Shown here piece after piece: positions 18,233 through 27,131 of a stretch of 64,000 nt of DNA (its first letter is position 1; every line of letters begins with the position of its first letter). A program made the position numbers and the translations under genes. Origin of the DNA: an uncultured Methanomassiliicoccaceae archaeon (GTDB taxonomy: Archaea > Thermoplasmatota > Thermoplasmata > Methanomassiliicoccales > UBA472); assembly GCA_964354665.1 (NCBI GenBank), contig CAYHAO010000001.1:13520-77519 (forward strand). The letters are read 5' to 3'. The notes beneath the pieces were generated by a model. It made no database searches and had not been told where the DNA came from. It saw only the letters and a program-made list of their open reading frames with translations.

Positions 18233-18466
18233 ATGAAGGAGTTCACCAAGGAGGAGCTGGCCAAGTGCAACGGCAAGGGCGGAATGCCCATGTATGTAGC
18301 CCACAAGGGGAAGGTCTTTGACGTTTCAAAAAGCTCCCTCTGGGAAGGGGGAGAGCACCAAGGTATGCACGTCGCCGGTGGCGACCTGACGAAGGAGCTT
18401 GCCGATGCTCCCCATGAAAGCGATGTGCTGGAGAGGTTTCCAGTGGTGGGCACGGTCAAAGGCTAG
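18233..18466 (+). CDS. Cytochrome b5-like heme/steroid-binding domain protein
   Basis: 77 aa, MKEFTKEELAKCNGKGGMPMYVAHKGKVFDVS..LWEGGEHQGMHVAG, with the typical Cyt-b5-like fold signature. It is divergent from lrp. Confidence 0.7.
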   Translation: MKEFTKEELAKCNGKGGMPMYVAHKGKVFDVSKSSLWEGGEHQGMHVAGGDLTKELADAPHESDVLERFPVVGTVKG

Positions 18467-18533
18467 ATGATTTAGGGGTTCTGATGGCCGGGATGGAAAG
18501 TTACTTCTCCTTTGACCGACAGATGATTACCGT

Positions 18534-19130
18534 ATGCCTCGGGGGAAGGGATTGCTCTTCCTGAGCAAGAGGAGGCGCTGGCTCTACAAGAAGCTCGTGC
18601 GCGTCATGGACAAGGTCGACCAGGGGCACCTTCCCATGGTGATCAAGGAGGTGTACCTCTTTGGGGGCTTCCTGCGCAACAAGGAGCGGCCCAAGGACCT
18701 CGATCTCCTGTTGATATATGACTCGGACCAGACCCTCAGGATGTACGAGGCGGTCGGCAGAAAGGGGGACGTGCACTGGCGGCTATGGGAGCTGAGGAGG
18801 TCGCCCCCCCACCTTCGCCATGCGCTCAAGGCGAATGCTGAGCGCAGCGTGGACATCAACATCTGCCCCTCATTGGAGGAATACCAGAAGGACCTGCTCT
18901 TCCCCATGGACCCGGTCCTCCTCATCTGGACGCCGGAGCGCCAGGATTGGAGATCGGCCCTCGCTACTTATTTCCTGGAGCACCAGCTGGTGTCTCGACC
19001 TCTACTTGCACGGGGATCCCCTCTCGGACGCTCTGCGTCACGATGCAGAAGTCCTCGAATATCTCCCGGCATCGTTCTAACTTCCTCGGGTCGTCCAGGT
19101 CAGGGCGCAATTGGATACGAATGGACTTGA
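18534..19130 (+). CDS. Nucleotidyltransferase-fold (MNT-like) protein, 3' end uncertain
   Basis: LFGGFLRNKERPKDLDLLLIY resembles the G[SG]-x9-13-DxD minimal NTase motif. The ORF runs 167 nt into the convergent osmC gene with an R/S/P/G-rich tail. Confidence 0.4.
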   Translation: MPRGKGLLFLSKRRRWLYKKLVRVMDKVDQGHLPMVIKEVYLFGGFLRNKERPKDLDLLLIYDSDQTLRMYEAVGRKGDVHWRLWELRRSPPHLRHALKANAERSVDINICPSLEEYQKDLLFPMDPVLLIWTPERQDWRSALATYFLEHQLVSRPLLARGSPLGRSASRCRSPRISPGIVLTSSGRPGQGAIGYEWT

Positions 19131-19410
19131 TGCGCAGGCGGCCGCGCTCGTTCCTTTCCAATGTGGTGAACACATCCGCCGATACGCCTTTGACATCCGC
19201 CCTGGCCCGGCTCAGGCAATAGGTCAGCGATGCGCATAGGCAATTGCCCACCGCGGCTGCCAGCAGCAGTCCGGCGTTGGGATGCTCGCCCTTCCCCAGG
19301 GGATAGGGCTCGTCCAGGAGAAGCTCGGGGAGATTCTCCCTGCTGAACTTCACCTTGAACTCGTACCCCCCGATCGGCTCGATGTGCACCTTGAACTCCC
19401 CCTCCTCCAT
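18964..19410 (-). CDS. OsmC/Ohr-family peroxiredoxin-like protein
   Basis: 148 aa. NAGLLLAAAVGNCLCASLTYCL and FEDFCIVTQSV carry the two conserved Cys regions of the OsmC family. Confidence 0.8.
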   Translation of the reverse strand: MEEGEFKVHIEPIGGYEFKVKFSRENLPELLLDEPYPLGKGEHPNAGLLLAAAVGNCLCASLTYCLSRARADVKGVSADVFTTLERNERGRLRIKSIRIQLRPDLDDPRKLERCREIFEDFCIVTQSVREGIPVQVEVETPAGAPGNK

Positions 19411-19419
19411 GCGCTCACC

Positions 19420-19638
19420 TCACGCCCCTAGCTTGGCCAGCTGCTCCAGGGCCATCTCGCGGATGCTCTTGGGGGACATAGCTTCCATCGAGCGCTTCCC
19501 CCCAACCATTAGCTCCCCCTCGGCCAACTCCATGCGGCTGCCGCCCGTCGGGCAGACCGGTTCGTGCTTTTCCGAAGTGAATACCTCCCCGTCGCTGGCG
19601 GAGAAGAATCTCTTCCCTGGTGGAAGGGGATTCGACAT
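19420..19638 (-). CDS. Hypothetical small protein wedged between eno and osmC
   Basis: 72-aa ORF with 9-nt gaps to both the upstream eno stop and the downstream osmC start. No motif recognised. Confidence 0.4.
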   Translation of the reverse strand: MSNPLPPGKRFFSASDGEVFTSEKHEPVCPTGGSRMELAEGELMVGGKRSMEAMSPKSIREMALEQLAKLGA

Positions 19639-19647
19639 TCTCGCGCT

Positions 19648-20940
19648 TCACCCCTTGCTCTTCTTGGCGTAGAAAGCGGCCCCGGGGAACTTGGCCTTGG
19701 AGCCCAGCTCCTCCTCGATGCGCAGCAAGCGGTTGTACTTGGCCGTGCGCTCGCCCCTGGCCGGCGCACCGGTCTTGATCTGGCCACACTCGAGGGCCAC
19801 GGCGAGGTCGGCGATGGAGGTATCCTCAGTCTCACCGGACCGGTGACTGACCACGACGCGATAATCATTGTCGAAGGAAAGCCGGGCCGCAGCGATGGCC
19901 TCGCTGACGCTCCCGATCTGGTTGACCTTGATGAGGGTCGCGTTCCCCGCCTTCTTCTCGATCGCCATCTTGATCCGCTCCACGTTGGTCACGAACATGT
20001 CATCGCCGACCAGCTGCACCTTGTGGCCCAGCCTGAGGGTGATGAGGGACATCATGTCCAGCGATTCCTCGTGGAACGGGTCTTCGATGCTCACGATGGG
20101 GAAGCGCTTGACCCAGGAGAAATATGTCTCCATTAGGTCCACCGGGCCGAGACGACGCTTATCGATGCTGTATACGCCCTGGTTGCAGAACTCGGAGGCC
20201 GCGCAGTCGAGGGCGAGGAACACGTCCTTACCAGGGGTGTAGCCGGCCTTCTCGATGGCCTTGACGATGGTATCCATGGCCTGCTGCGAGGTCTCGAAGG
20301 GCGGCGCGAAGCCCCCCTCGTCCCCGATGTTGATGGCGCTTGGGCCGTAAGCCTCCTTGAGGATGCCCTTGAGGTTATGATAGACCTCCGCCCCCATGCG
20401 CAGGGCGTCCGCGAAGCTCTTCGCCCCTGCTGGCACCACCATGAACTCCTGTATGCTCAGACCAGTGCCGGCATGCTTTCCCCCGTTGATGATGTTCATC
20501 ATGGGCACGGGCAGCGTCCGGCTCCCTGGACCCAGATGCTCGTAGAGCTCCACGCCCTTGGCCAGAGCGCCCGCCTTCGCGATCGCCAAGGAGACGGCGA
20601 CGATGGCGTTGCCACCCAGCTTCGCCTTGTTCGGCGTACCGTCCAGCTTGATCATCACCTCGTCGATAGCCCTTAGGTCCTCCACCTCCATGCCTTTGAG
20701 CTTCGGGGAGATCTTCTTGTTCACGTTGTCCACGGCCTTTAGCACCCCCTTGCCCAAGTACCGTGCCCCGCCATCCCTCAGCTCAAGGACCTCGTGAGTG
20801 CCAGTCGACGCACCGGAGGGGGCTATCGCCGTCACCTTGAAGGAGGCGGTTCGGACCTCCGCCTCCACGGTTGGGTTTCCCCTTGAATCGAGAACCTCTC
20901 TTGCCTTGACCTCGACGATCTTCGAATTCGCCAAAAACAT
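19648..20940 (-). CDS. eno: Enolase
   Basis: 430 aa with a typical enolase sequence throughout, e.g. VSHRSGETEDTSIADLAVA and IKVNQIGSVSEA. Confidence 0.95.
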   Translation of the reverse strand: MFLANSKIVEVKAREVLDSRGNPTVEAEVRTASFKVTAIAPSGASTGTHEVLELRDGGARYLGKGVLKAVDNVNKKISPKLKGMEVEDLRAIDEVMIKLDGTPNKAKLGGNAIVAVSLAIAKAGALAKGVELYEHLGPGSRTLPVPMMNIINGGKHAGTGLSIQEFMVVPAGAKSFADALRMGAEVYHNLKGILKEAYGPSAINIGDEGGFAPPFETSQQAMDTIVKAIEKAGYTPGKDVFLALDCAASEFCNQGVYSIDKRRLGPVDLMETYFSWVKRFPIVSIEDPFHEESLDMMSLITLRLGHKVQLVGDDMFVTNVERIKMAIEKKAGNATLIKVNQIGSVSEAIAAARLSFDNDYRVVVSHRSGETEDTSIADLAVALECGQIKTGAPARGERTAKYNRLLRIEEELGSKAKFPGAAFYAKKSKG

Positions 20941-20979
20941 CCTCTCCTTTAACTATTGGACGTAGAGGAATCCGATTTC

Positions 20980-21972
20980 CTACCTAATAGGTTTCGCTGC
21001 TGTCTGGGAGGACATGACGTCGATTATCTCCATATTCCTCTCCAACAACGCCATCTGCCTTATGTCCAAGGTCCTTGGGTCAACGGAGATGATGAGCCGG
21101 CACTTGTACTCCATGGTCGCCTCAGCGATGTGGTGCACCATGCGCAGCACCTTCTCGAAGTCGTTGTTCACGATCAGGAACTCGATGCCATCGATCATGA
21201 CCACGCTGTCGCCGGACTTCTCGATGAAGCGGATGATTGTATCCGAGAGGATGCCGATGTTCGTCGGGTTGACGTACACGCGCCCGAGCTGGTTGGACAG
21301 CCAGATTATGGGGGTCTTCTCCAGCGCCCACTTCTTGCGGATGATGCCAGGATGCTCGCGGGTTATGCAGAGCCCTTGGATGTTGTGGGTGACCTGATCG
21401 ACGAAGATCTCGAAGGACCTCTCCGGCTTGGTCTCCTTTATTATGTAGCCGTAGCCCTTGCGCAGCTCGAACTTCATGGCGGTCTTCTGCGCCTTCTCCA
21501 TCCCGCCTGGGGTCTCCTTCTTCTTGACGAAGAGCTTGTCCAGGAAGCCTTTCTTCTTGACCTCCGGCGTCGAAGGCTGGATGATGACCTCCTCGGTCTC
21601 CAGGAGCTCCTTTATCTTTTCTGAGAGCTCGGTGTTGGAGAAGGGCTTGCGGACATAACCGGAGACGACGTCCTGCAGCCCGAAGATGTCGGTGCCTATG
21701 TCCGTATAGGCGGTGAGCATCATCACCTTGATCTTGTTGGTGAGCCCCTCCTCCTTGAGGTTGCGCAGCACGCTCCACCCATCGATGTCGGGCATGTTGA
21801 TGTCAAGTAGGATTAGGTTGGGGAGCTCGGACTTGGCCTTCTCGATGGCTTCCTTGCCTCCGCTGGCCGTGACCGCCTGGTATCCTGAGGCGGCCACCAA
21901 CTCGGAAACGATGGCTAGAACGTCGGGGTTATCATCGACAACCAAGACCTTCTTTATCTGAACGACCCCCAT
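20980..21972 (-). CDS. Response regulator receiver fused to DUF835-like domain
   Basis: The CheY-like N-terminus (VVDDNPD, LLDINMPDIDG, MMLTA) is joined by a linker to a C-terminal domain (GLCITREHP...IIWLSNQ...VVMIDGIEFL) typical of archaeal DUF835. Confidence 0.8.
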   Translation of the reverse strand: MGVVQIKKVLVVDDNPDVLAIVSELVAASGYQAVTASGGKEAIEKAKSELPNLILLDINMPDIDGWSVLRNLKEEGLTNKIKVMMLTAYTDIGTDIFGLQDVVSGYVRKPFSNTELSEKIKELLETEEVIIQPSTPEVKKKGFLDKLFVKKKETPGGMEKAQKTAMKFELRKGYGYIIKETKPERSFEIFVDQVTHNIQGLCITREHPGIIRKKWALEKTPIIWLSNQLGRVYVNPTNIGILSDTIIRFIEKSGDSVVMIDGIEFLIVNNDFEKVLRMVHHIAEATMEYKCRLIISVDPRTLDIRQMALLERNMEIIDVMSSQTAAKPIR

Positions 21973-22109
21973 TCCTGCATTAGGACGCCACTAGATTAAA
22001 TGATGGCATAAAAAACATATCCATACGAGTCGCGGGATTGATATCAGCCCTGATGGGACCTCGTTATCAGAAGCGAGAGGGATATGGATGGAAAGAATCG
22101 ATCGAAGGC

Positions 22110-22259
22110 TTACGTCTTCCTGCTCTCCTTCGCCTTTGCGCGGAGGTTTGTGTACCCGCACTTCCTGCAGCGGGTCGCCTTAGGCGCGTTCCTCGCATAG
22201 CAGTTCATGCAGATCATCTTGTTGAGGAGCCTTGCGTCGGCCTCCTTGAATCGTGCCAT
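22110..22259 (-). CDS. rpl40e: Ribosomal protein L40e
   Basis: 49 aa, [49 protein letters not shown], with a C4 zinc ribbon. The track ORF (22110-22340) is over-extended. Confidence 0.85.
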   Translation of the reverse strand: MARFKEADARLLNKMICMNCYARNAPKATRCRKCGYTNLRAKAKESRKT

Positions 22260-22329
22260 AATAAATCCTCTGCCGTGGGAATAAGGAGGGAATATAAAAA
22301 TGTTGGCAGAGCAAGCGCCCTCTGGTTCC

Positions 22330-23559
22330 TCATTCCACAATCAACCTGCGCAGGCGGAGGTAGTCCTCCTCGCTGATCTCCCCCTTCGCCAGCCTGGCCT
22401 TCAGGGAGGCCAGGGCCTCGTTCGACTCCACCGCCTCCCCTGCACAGACGGAGGACCCGTTCTTCATAATATGGTATTGGCAGCTGGCGTGGCCCTCCGT
22501 CATCCTCTTGTCGTGATAGAATACCAGGGTCGAGTTCATGCTGCAGCATAGCCCTCGAAACATGGCCTCGAGCTGTTCGCAGACCTCCTTTGGGTAGTCG
22601 GAGAACGGGCATTCGGTTATTTCCCGGGTCCAGTCGCTTCCCTGGACCCATTCCTCGTGGCCTTCCTGCATGAGCAGAGAGGAGATGAAGTCGACCACCA
22701 TCCCCACCGATGCCAGGTCCGTTCCGGTCAGACGGGTGGCCCCGGTGATGCGTTGGTTCATGGTGACCCCATAGTGCTCCGCGGCGGGGATGAGGACGCT
22801 CCGCCAATCCTCCCCCAGGGCCTGCTTCGCCGCCATGGTGGTCCCGGCCACGTATTCACCTAGGTATTCGACACCGAATTTGGAAAGGACGTCGAGTGGA
22901 ACGGTCTCCCTGACCTGCTCGGTGGTCAGCTCCATCACCGGCTCGCCCTGCATGGGGGTTTTGCTTCCTTTTGTGACGGTGAGGATGCAATTGGTGGAAT
23001 CGTCCTCCACATCGTGCTCGAAATAGGGCTCTAGGTCCGGGGAGAAGGAGTTGAGGAATGCCTTGTAGGCGACGTGGTCCCTCAGCCAGCAAAGCTCCCA
23101 TGGCGCGCCCCTGAAGGGGCATGGCTCCAAGTCAACGATCTGGAGGCCGTTGCGATAGACCTTCACCAAGTTGCCCTCGTCATGGAAGGCCAAGACGAAA
23201 GCGCTGGCCTTGCCCACGTCAACGAAATCGTTGCCTTCGATGCCCAATGTCTTGCGGACGTTGACTGCGCCGCGAGAACCGGTGCCGCTGAGGAACGGCC
23301 CGAGGCTAGATAGGGTCCTATCGCCGCCGATGGCACTCACTAACGCCCTGACCTGCGATATCCAAAGTCCTCCGAGGACGTCCTGTCCGTTCACGCAGCC
23401 CCTGCGCCGCATGCCATGAAAATTCCATTCGGGCATATCTCTTCCCCAATCCCCATAAAAATAGAGGAGGCAGCAACGTAGATAAGCATTATCATGGGTG
23501 GATGGGACATCGAGGACAATGCCTAGCAGATTCTCTACTATGCGCTCAGCGATCCTCAA
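22330..23559 (-). CDS. Protein with two tandem Cys-rich domains and a C-terminal SHOCT motif
   Basis: Two internally similar modules ([11 protein letters not shown]...NCILTV and [26 protein letters not shown]...GHASCQYHI), the latter resembling ATC-hydrolase-like Cys patterns. The C-terminus [24 protein letters not shown] is a SHOCT motif. The start is uncertain (TTG 23559 or ATG 23436). Confidence 0.6.
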   Translation of the reverse strand: MRIAERIVENLLGIVLDVPSTHDNAYLRCCLLYFYGDWGRDMPEWNFHGMRRRGCVNGQDVLGGLWISQVRALVSAIGGDRTLSSLGPFLSGTGSRGAVNVRKTLGIEGNDFVDVGKASAFVLAFHDEGNLVKVYRNGLQIVDLEPCPFRGAPWELCWLRDHVAYKAFLNSFSPDLEPYFEHDVEDDSTNCILTVTKGSKTPMQGEPVMELTTEQVRETVPLDVLSKFGVEYLGEYVAGTTMAAKQALGEDWRSVLIPAAEHYGVTMNQRITGATRLTGTDLASVGMVVDFISSLLMQEGHEEWVQGSDWTREITECPFSDYPKEVCEQLEAMFRGLCCSMNSTLVFYHDKRMTEGHASCQYHIMKNGSSVCAGEAVESNEALASLKARLAKGEISEEDYLRLRRLIVE

Positions 23560-23689
23560 GAATGAGCTTCTTTAGCCGGAAGTAGTCCGTCTCCCTTATC
23601 TCCCCCTTATCCAGACGAAGCTTCAGAGCGGCGAGACGGTCTTCATATAGGTAGGTCGGCGATTCGGATGATTGAGAATCGGACGCCAT
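23546..23689 (-). CDS. Stand-alone SHOCT-domain mini-protein (47 aa, absent from ORF track)
   Basis: Hand translation gives [53 protein letters not shown] sits just upstream of the ATG at 23689. The motif is near-identical to the C-terminus of the next gene. Confidence 0.45.
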   Translation of the reverse strand: MASDSQSSESPTYLYEDRLAALKLRLDKGEIRETDYFRLKKLILEDR

Positions 23690-23768
23690 TCTCCCGTTCG
23701 AAGAGATGCGAGAGGATAGATAAGCCTCACCACAGAGTTGGGCGCGATTGGAATAGTCTTGGACGGGT

Positions 23769-24743
23769 CTACCTCTTCACACTGGTCGATCCGACTAGCA
23801 CCAGGTAGGCGAGCAACGCTTCGAGCTGGATGCGCTCGTTGCTCCCCTCGACTATCCGGAACTCGACCTCCCCGGTCTTGTCTATCAGACGCACCTTCTC
23901 GATGTCCGGGATGTTCAGCTCGAAGAACTGCTTGTGGATCTGCCGGATGACATCCTCGCCCGAGAGCCCATAGGTTATCATCAGCTCGTCCAGCTGGCTC
24001 CTGGCCTCGAGGAAGTCGCCTTTTAGGGCCGTCTCCAGGAGCTTCTTGACCTCTTCAGGGTGGGCGGTCCCAGTGGTCTGGTATACCACCTCTATTGTAA
24101 CCTTTTCCGATAATGATGCCGCGACCTGAAGGGAGTTCACCCCTTTGCGCATGTCCCCATTGGCCACGTGCACCAGGGCGTCCATGGCGTCATCGGTGAT
24201 GTCCACCTTCTCCACCTTGGCGATCAGCTGCAGGTACCTCTTGATGTCCTCCGCCCGCAACAAACGGAAGCGGAAGACCGCGCACCTGGACTGGATGGGC
24301 TCGATTATCTTGGAGGAGTAGTTGCAGGAGATGATGAAGCGACAGATGGCAGAGTACCTCTCCATGGTTCGCCTCAGCGCCGACTGCGCATCGTTGGTCA
24401 GAGCGTCCGCCTCGTCCAAGAAGATGATCTTGAAGTTCGCGCCACTGATGGGCGAGGTCCTGGCGAACTCCTTTATCTTGCCGCGGACGACGTCGATCCC
24501 CCTCTCGTCCGAGGCGTTCATCTCCACGAAGTTGTTCTTCCAGCCCTCCCCGAAGAGCTCCTTGGCCAAGGCCAGGGCGCAGGTCGTCTTCCCCGTCCCA
24601 GGCGAGCCGGCGAACATCAGGTGGGGCAGGTTGTTCGACCGGACATAGGACTGAAGGCGATCGGTGATCTCTTTCTGCCCCACGACCTCCTTGAGGGACT
24701 TGGGGCGATACTTCTCTATCCAAATCTCCTTCATTTCCTTCAT
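23769..24743 (-). CDS. rfcS: Replication factor C small subunit
   Basis: 324 aa with Walker A GSPGTGKTT, FLDEADALT, the SRC motif QSRCAVFRF, and no intein. Confidence 0.95.
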   Translation of the reverse strand: MKEMKEIWIEKYRPKSLKEVVGQKEITDRLQSYVRSNNLPHLMFAGSPGTGKTTCALALAKELFGEGWKNNFVEMNASDERGIDVVRGKIKEFARTSPISGANFKIIFLDEADALTNDAQSALRRTMERYSAICRFIISCNYSSKIIEPIQSRCAVFRFRLLRAEDIKRYLQLIAKVEKVDITDDAMDALVHVANGDMRKGVNSLQVAASLSEKVTIEVVYQTTGTAHPEEVKKLLETALKGDFLEARSQLDELMITYGLSGEDVIRQIHKQFFELNIPDIEKVRLIDKTGEVEFRIVEGSNERIQLEALLAYLVLVGSTSVKR

Positions 24744-24841
24744 CGTTCGCTGAAAAAGCGCTGGTACGAATTAACACTTTGCATATGGTACCCGAAACGC
24801 CCTCAGCAAGGTTATAATCAAGGCATATCCTGAGGTCCTGC

Positions 24842-25756
24842 GTGCAATGCATCAAGTGCTCCAAGGAGGCGGTCGAGTACATCCGCTACAACGGATCGCA
24901 CCTCTGCGAGGAGCACTTCCTCGAGTACGTGGAGCGCCGGGTGAAGAAAGAGATCCGCCAGCAAGTCGACCTCGATGGCAAGAGCAAGGTCGCAGTGGCC
25001 TTGTCTGGAGGCAAGGACAGCTCCGTCGCCCTGTACATCGTGCATCAGGCCCTCAAGCAACGCCGTGATTTGGGTGTGGTCGCGATAACCGTGGACGAGG
25101 GGATAGCGGGTTACCGCCCCCGGACCATGGAGAAGGCTCGGGAGCTGACCGATATGCTAGGCGTCGAGCACCACTTCATATCCTTCCAGGACGAAGTGGG
25201 GAAGACGATGGATGACATCGCCAAGGCCACCGGGCGAAAAGGGCCTTGCACCTACTGCGGCGTAATACGTCGCAGATGCATGAACAAGGTCGCCAGGGAC
25301 GTGGGCGCTGACGTTCTGGCCACCGGGCTTAACCTCGATGATACCGCCCAGTCCATCCTCATGGACTTCACCCGGGGGGACGTGGAGCGCCTGGCAAGGC
25401 TCGGGCCCCATCAGAAAGTGCAGCCTGGGTTGATCCCCCGGATCCAACCGCTCCGCTCCATCCCGGAGAAGGAGTCTTACCTGTACGCAATGCTCCGCCA
25501 TCTTCCCTTCTCGGACGACGAATGCCCTTACTCTGACCTGGCGCTGCGGAACGAGTACCGGTCGATCGTGGACGGCCTGGAGGCGAAGCACACCGGAACC
25601 AAGTTCGCCATCGTGGCCAGCTACGACGCGATCCGGCCGGCCCTGGCCGAGATATACCCTCAGGCCAAACTTCAGTTATGCGAGTGCGGCGAGCCGACCT
25701 GCAACCAGAGGTGCATGGCCTGCGAGCTGTTGGAAGAAGTGAGGAAAATGGTTTGA
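24842..25756 (+). CDS. TtuA/Ncs6-like PP-loop tRNA 2-thiolation ATPase
   Basis: N-terminal Zn finger CIKC...CEEH, PP-loop ALSGGKDSSV, CTYCG cluster Cys residues, and a C-terminal CECG..C..C finger. GTG start. Confidence 0.8.
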   Translation: MQCIKCSKEAVEYIRYNGSHLCEEHFLEYVERRVKKEIRQQVDLDGKSKVAVALSGGKDSSVALYIVHQALKQRRDLGVVAITVDEGIAGYRPRTMEKARELTDMLGVEHHFISFQDEVGKTMDDIAKATGRKGPCTYCGVIRRRCMNKVARDVGADVLATGLNLDDTAQSILMDFTRGDVERLARLGPHQKVQPGLIPRIQPLRSIPEKESYLYAMLRHLPFSDDECPYSDLALRNEYRSIVDGLEAKHTGTKFAIVASYDAIRPALAEIYPQAKLQLCECGEPTCNQRCMACELLEEVRKMV

Positions 25757-25762
25757 GCTGGC

Positions 25763-27040
25763 TCACACCAGCTCGTGGAATTTGTAGGCAGGGGTTCCGG
25801 CGTGGTAGCAGTATTGCACCTTGTTGAAGTGCCGCTTCAGCTCCTTCACGTCCTCCTTGACCTTCGCGGGCGATTCCTTCTTCACGGCCACGCGGTGGAT
25901 CAATGAGGCGACCTGCTTCATCTCGCTCTCCTTCATCCCCAGCCTGGTCATCTCCTGGCTCCCGATGCGGATGCCCGAGGGCCTGATGCTGCTCTCGTCC
26001 CCGGGTAGCATGTTCTTGTTGGTGATTATGTTGGCCGCCTCCAGGTCCTTGGCCACCTGATCGCCGCCACCGTGCTTGGAGACGTTGACCGCGATGGTGT
26101 GCGACTTGGTGAATCCCAGATTGGGACAGAGCACCTCCATGCCCAGCTCGTAAATCGCCTGACCAAGGGCCTGGGAGTTCTTGACGATCTGCCTAGCATA
26201 GTCCTTGCCGAACTCCTCCATCTCCGCCAAAGTCACCGCCAGCGCGGCCATGGCGTGCAGGTGGTGGGAGCTTGTGACCCCTGGGAATACCGACCTGCGC
26301 AGGCGCTTCTCGATGTCCTCGGTCATCTGGTTGCCGAGGAGGATGCCGTGGTTCGGGCCAGGGAAGGTTTTATGCGTGGAGCCGGACACTATGTTCGCCC
26401 CTTCGTGCAATGGGTCCTGGAACTGGCCGCCAGCGATCAGACCAAGGACGTGGGCCGCGTCGTACCAGACGATGCAGCCGACCTCCTGGAAGGTGGGCTC
26501 AAGCTCCTTGAGCGGCACCGGGAAGAGGAAGAGGGAGAGGCCGAACTGCGCCACCTTGGGCTTGTCCCTGAGCAGCATCTTGCGGGCGCCGTCCACATCG
26601 ATGGTCATGCGCTCCTCGTCCCATGGGTAGTTGATGGTCTTGACGCCTCTCAGGCCAACCGCGCCGAACTGGGCCGTGGAGATGTGCGCCCCATTGGCGA
26701 GCGCGGTGGTGGCGATGGTGTCGCCCGGCTCGCACAGGGCGAAGAGGACGGCCATGTTGGCCACCGTGCCCGAGGTGAGGCGGACGTCCACGAAGGGGAC
26801 GTTGAACACCCTTTGCGCCAGCTCGTTGCACTTGTTCTCCACCTTGTCCACATAGATGTTGCCTTGGTAGTAGCGCTTGCCTGGCATCCCCTCGGCATAG
26901 CGGTCGTGGAAGTCGGAGATCATCATCTCCTTGGCCAGCGGTGACATTAGGTTCTCGGAGGCTATGGTCGGGATGGACTCCTCGAACCATTTGGTGTGAG
27001 CCTTTACCTGATCGCGAATCCAGTCGGCGTCCTGCTTCAT
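25763..27040 (-). CDS. glyA: Serine hydroxymethyltransferase
   Basis: 425 aa with the PLP site GSTHKTFPGP and a typical SHMT N-terminus ASENLMSP. Confidence 0.95.
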   Translation of the reverse strand: MKQDADWIRDQVKAHTKWFEESIPTIASENLMSPLAKEMMISDFHDRYAEGMPGKRYYQGNIYVDKVENKCNELAQRVFNVPFVDVRLTSGTVANMAVLFALCEPGDTIATTALANGAHISTAQFGAVGLRGVKTINYPWDEERMTIDVDGARKMLLRDKPKVAQFGLSLFLFPVPLKELEPTFQEVGCIVWYDAAHVLGLIAGGQFQDPLHEGANIVSGSTHKTFPGPNHGILLGNQMTEDIEKRLRRSVFPGVTSSHHLHAMAALAVTLAEMEEFGKDYARQIVKNSQALGQAIYELGMEVLCPNLGFTKSHTIAVNVSKHGGGDQVAKDLEAANIITNKNMLPGDESSIRPSGIRIGSQEMTRLGMKESEMKQVASLIHRVAVKKESPAKVKEDVKELKRHFNKVQYCYHAGTPAYKFHELV

Positions 27041-27131
27041 GGTCTATCGCCCAAGTGAATATTGAACGCTCTATTATACTTTGGTGCCAGATGATTCCTT
27101 TGGCAATCGGTGGGAGATAGGCTATGGAACG

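Noticed and set aside
26072-26944. 290-aa plus-strand ORF inside glyA (and similar ORFs at 26205-26630 and 26499-26990)
   Set aside because: It is antisense or out of frame relative to an unambiguous SHMT gene, with low-complexity R/G/H/L-rich translation.
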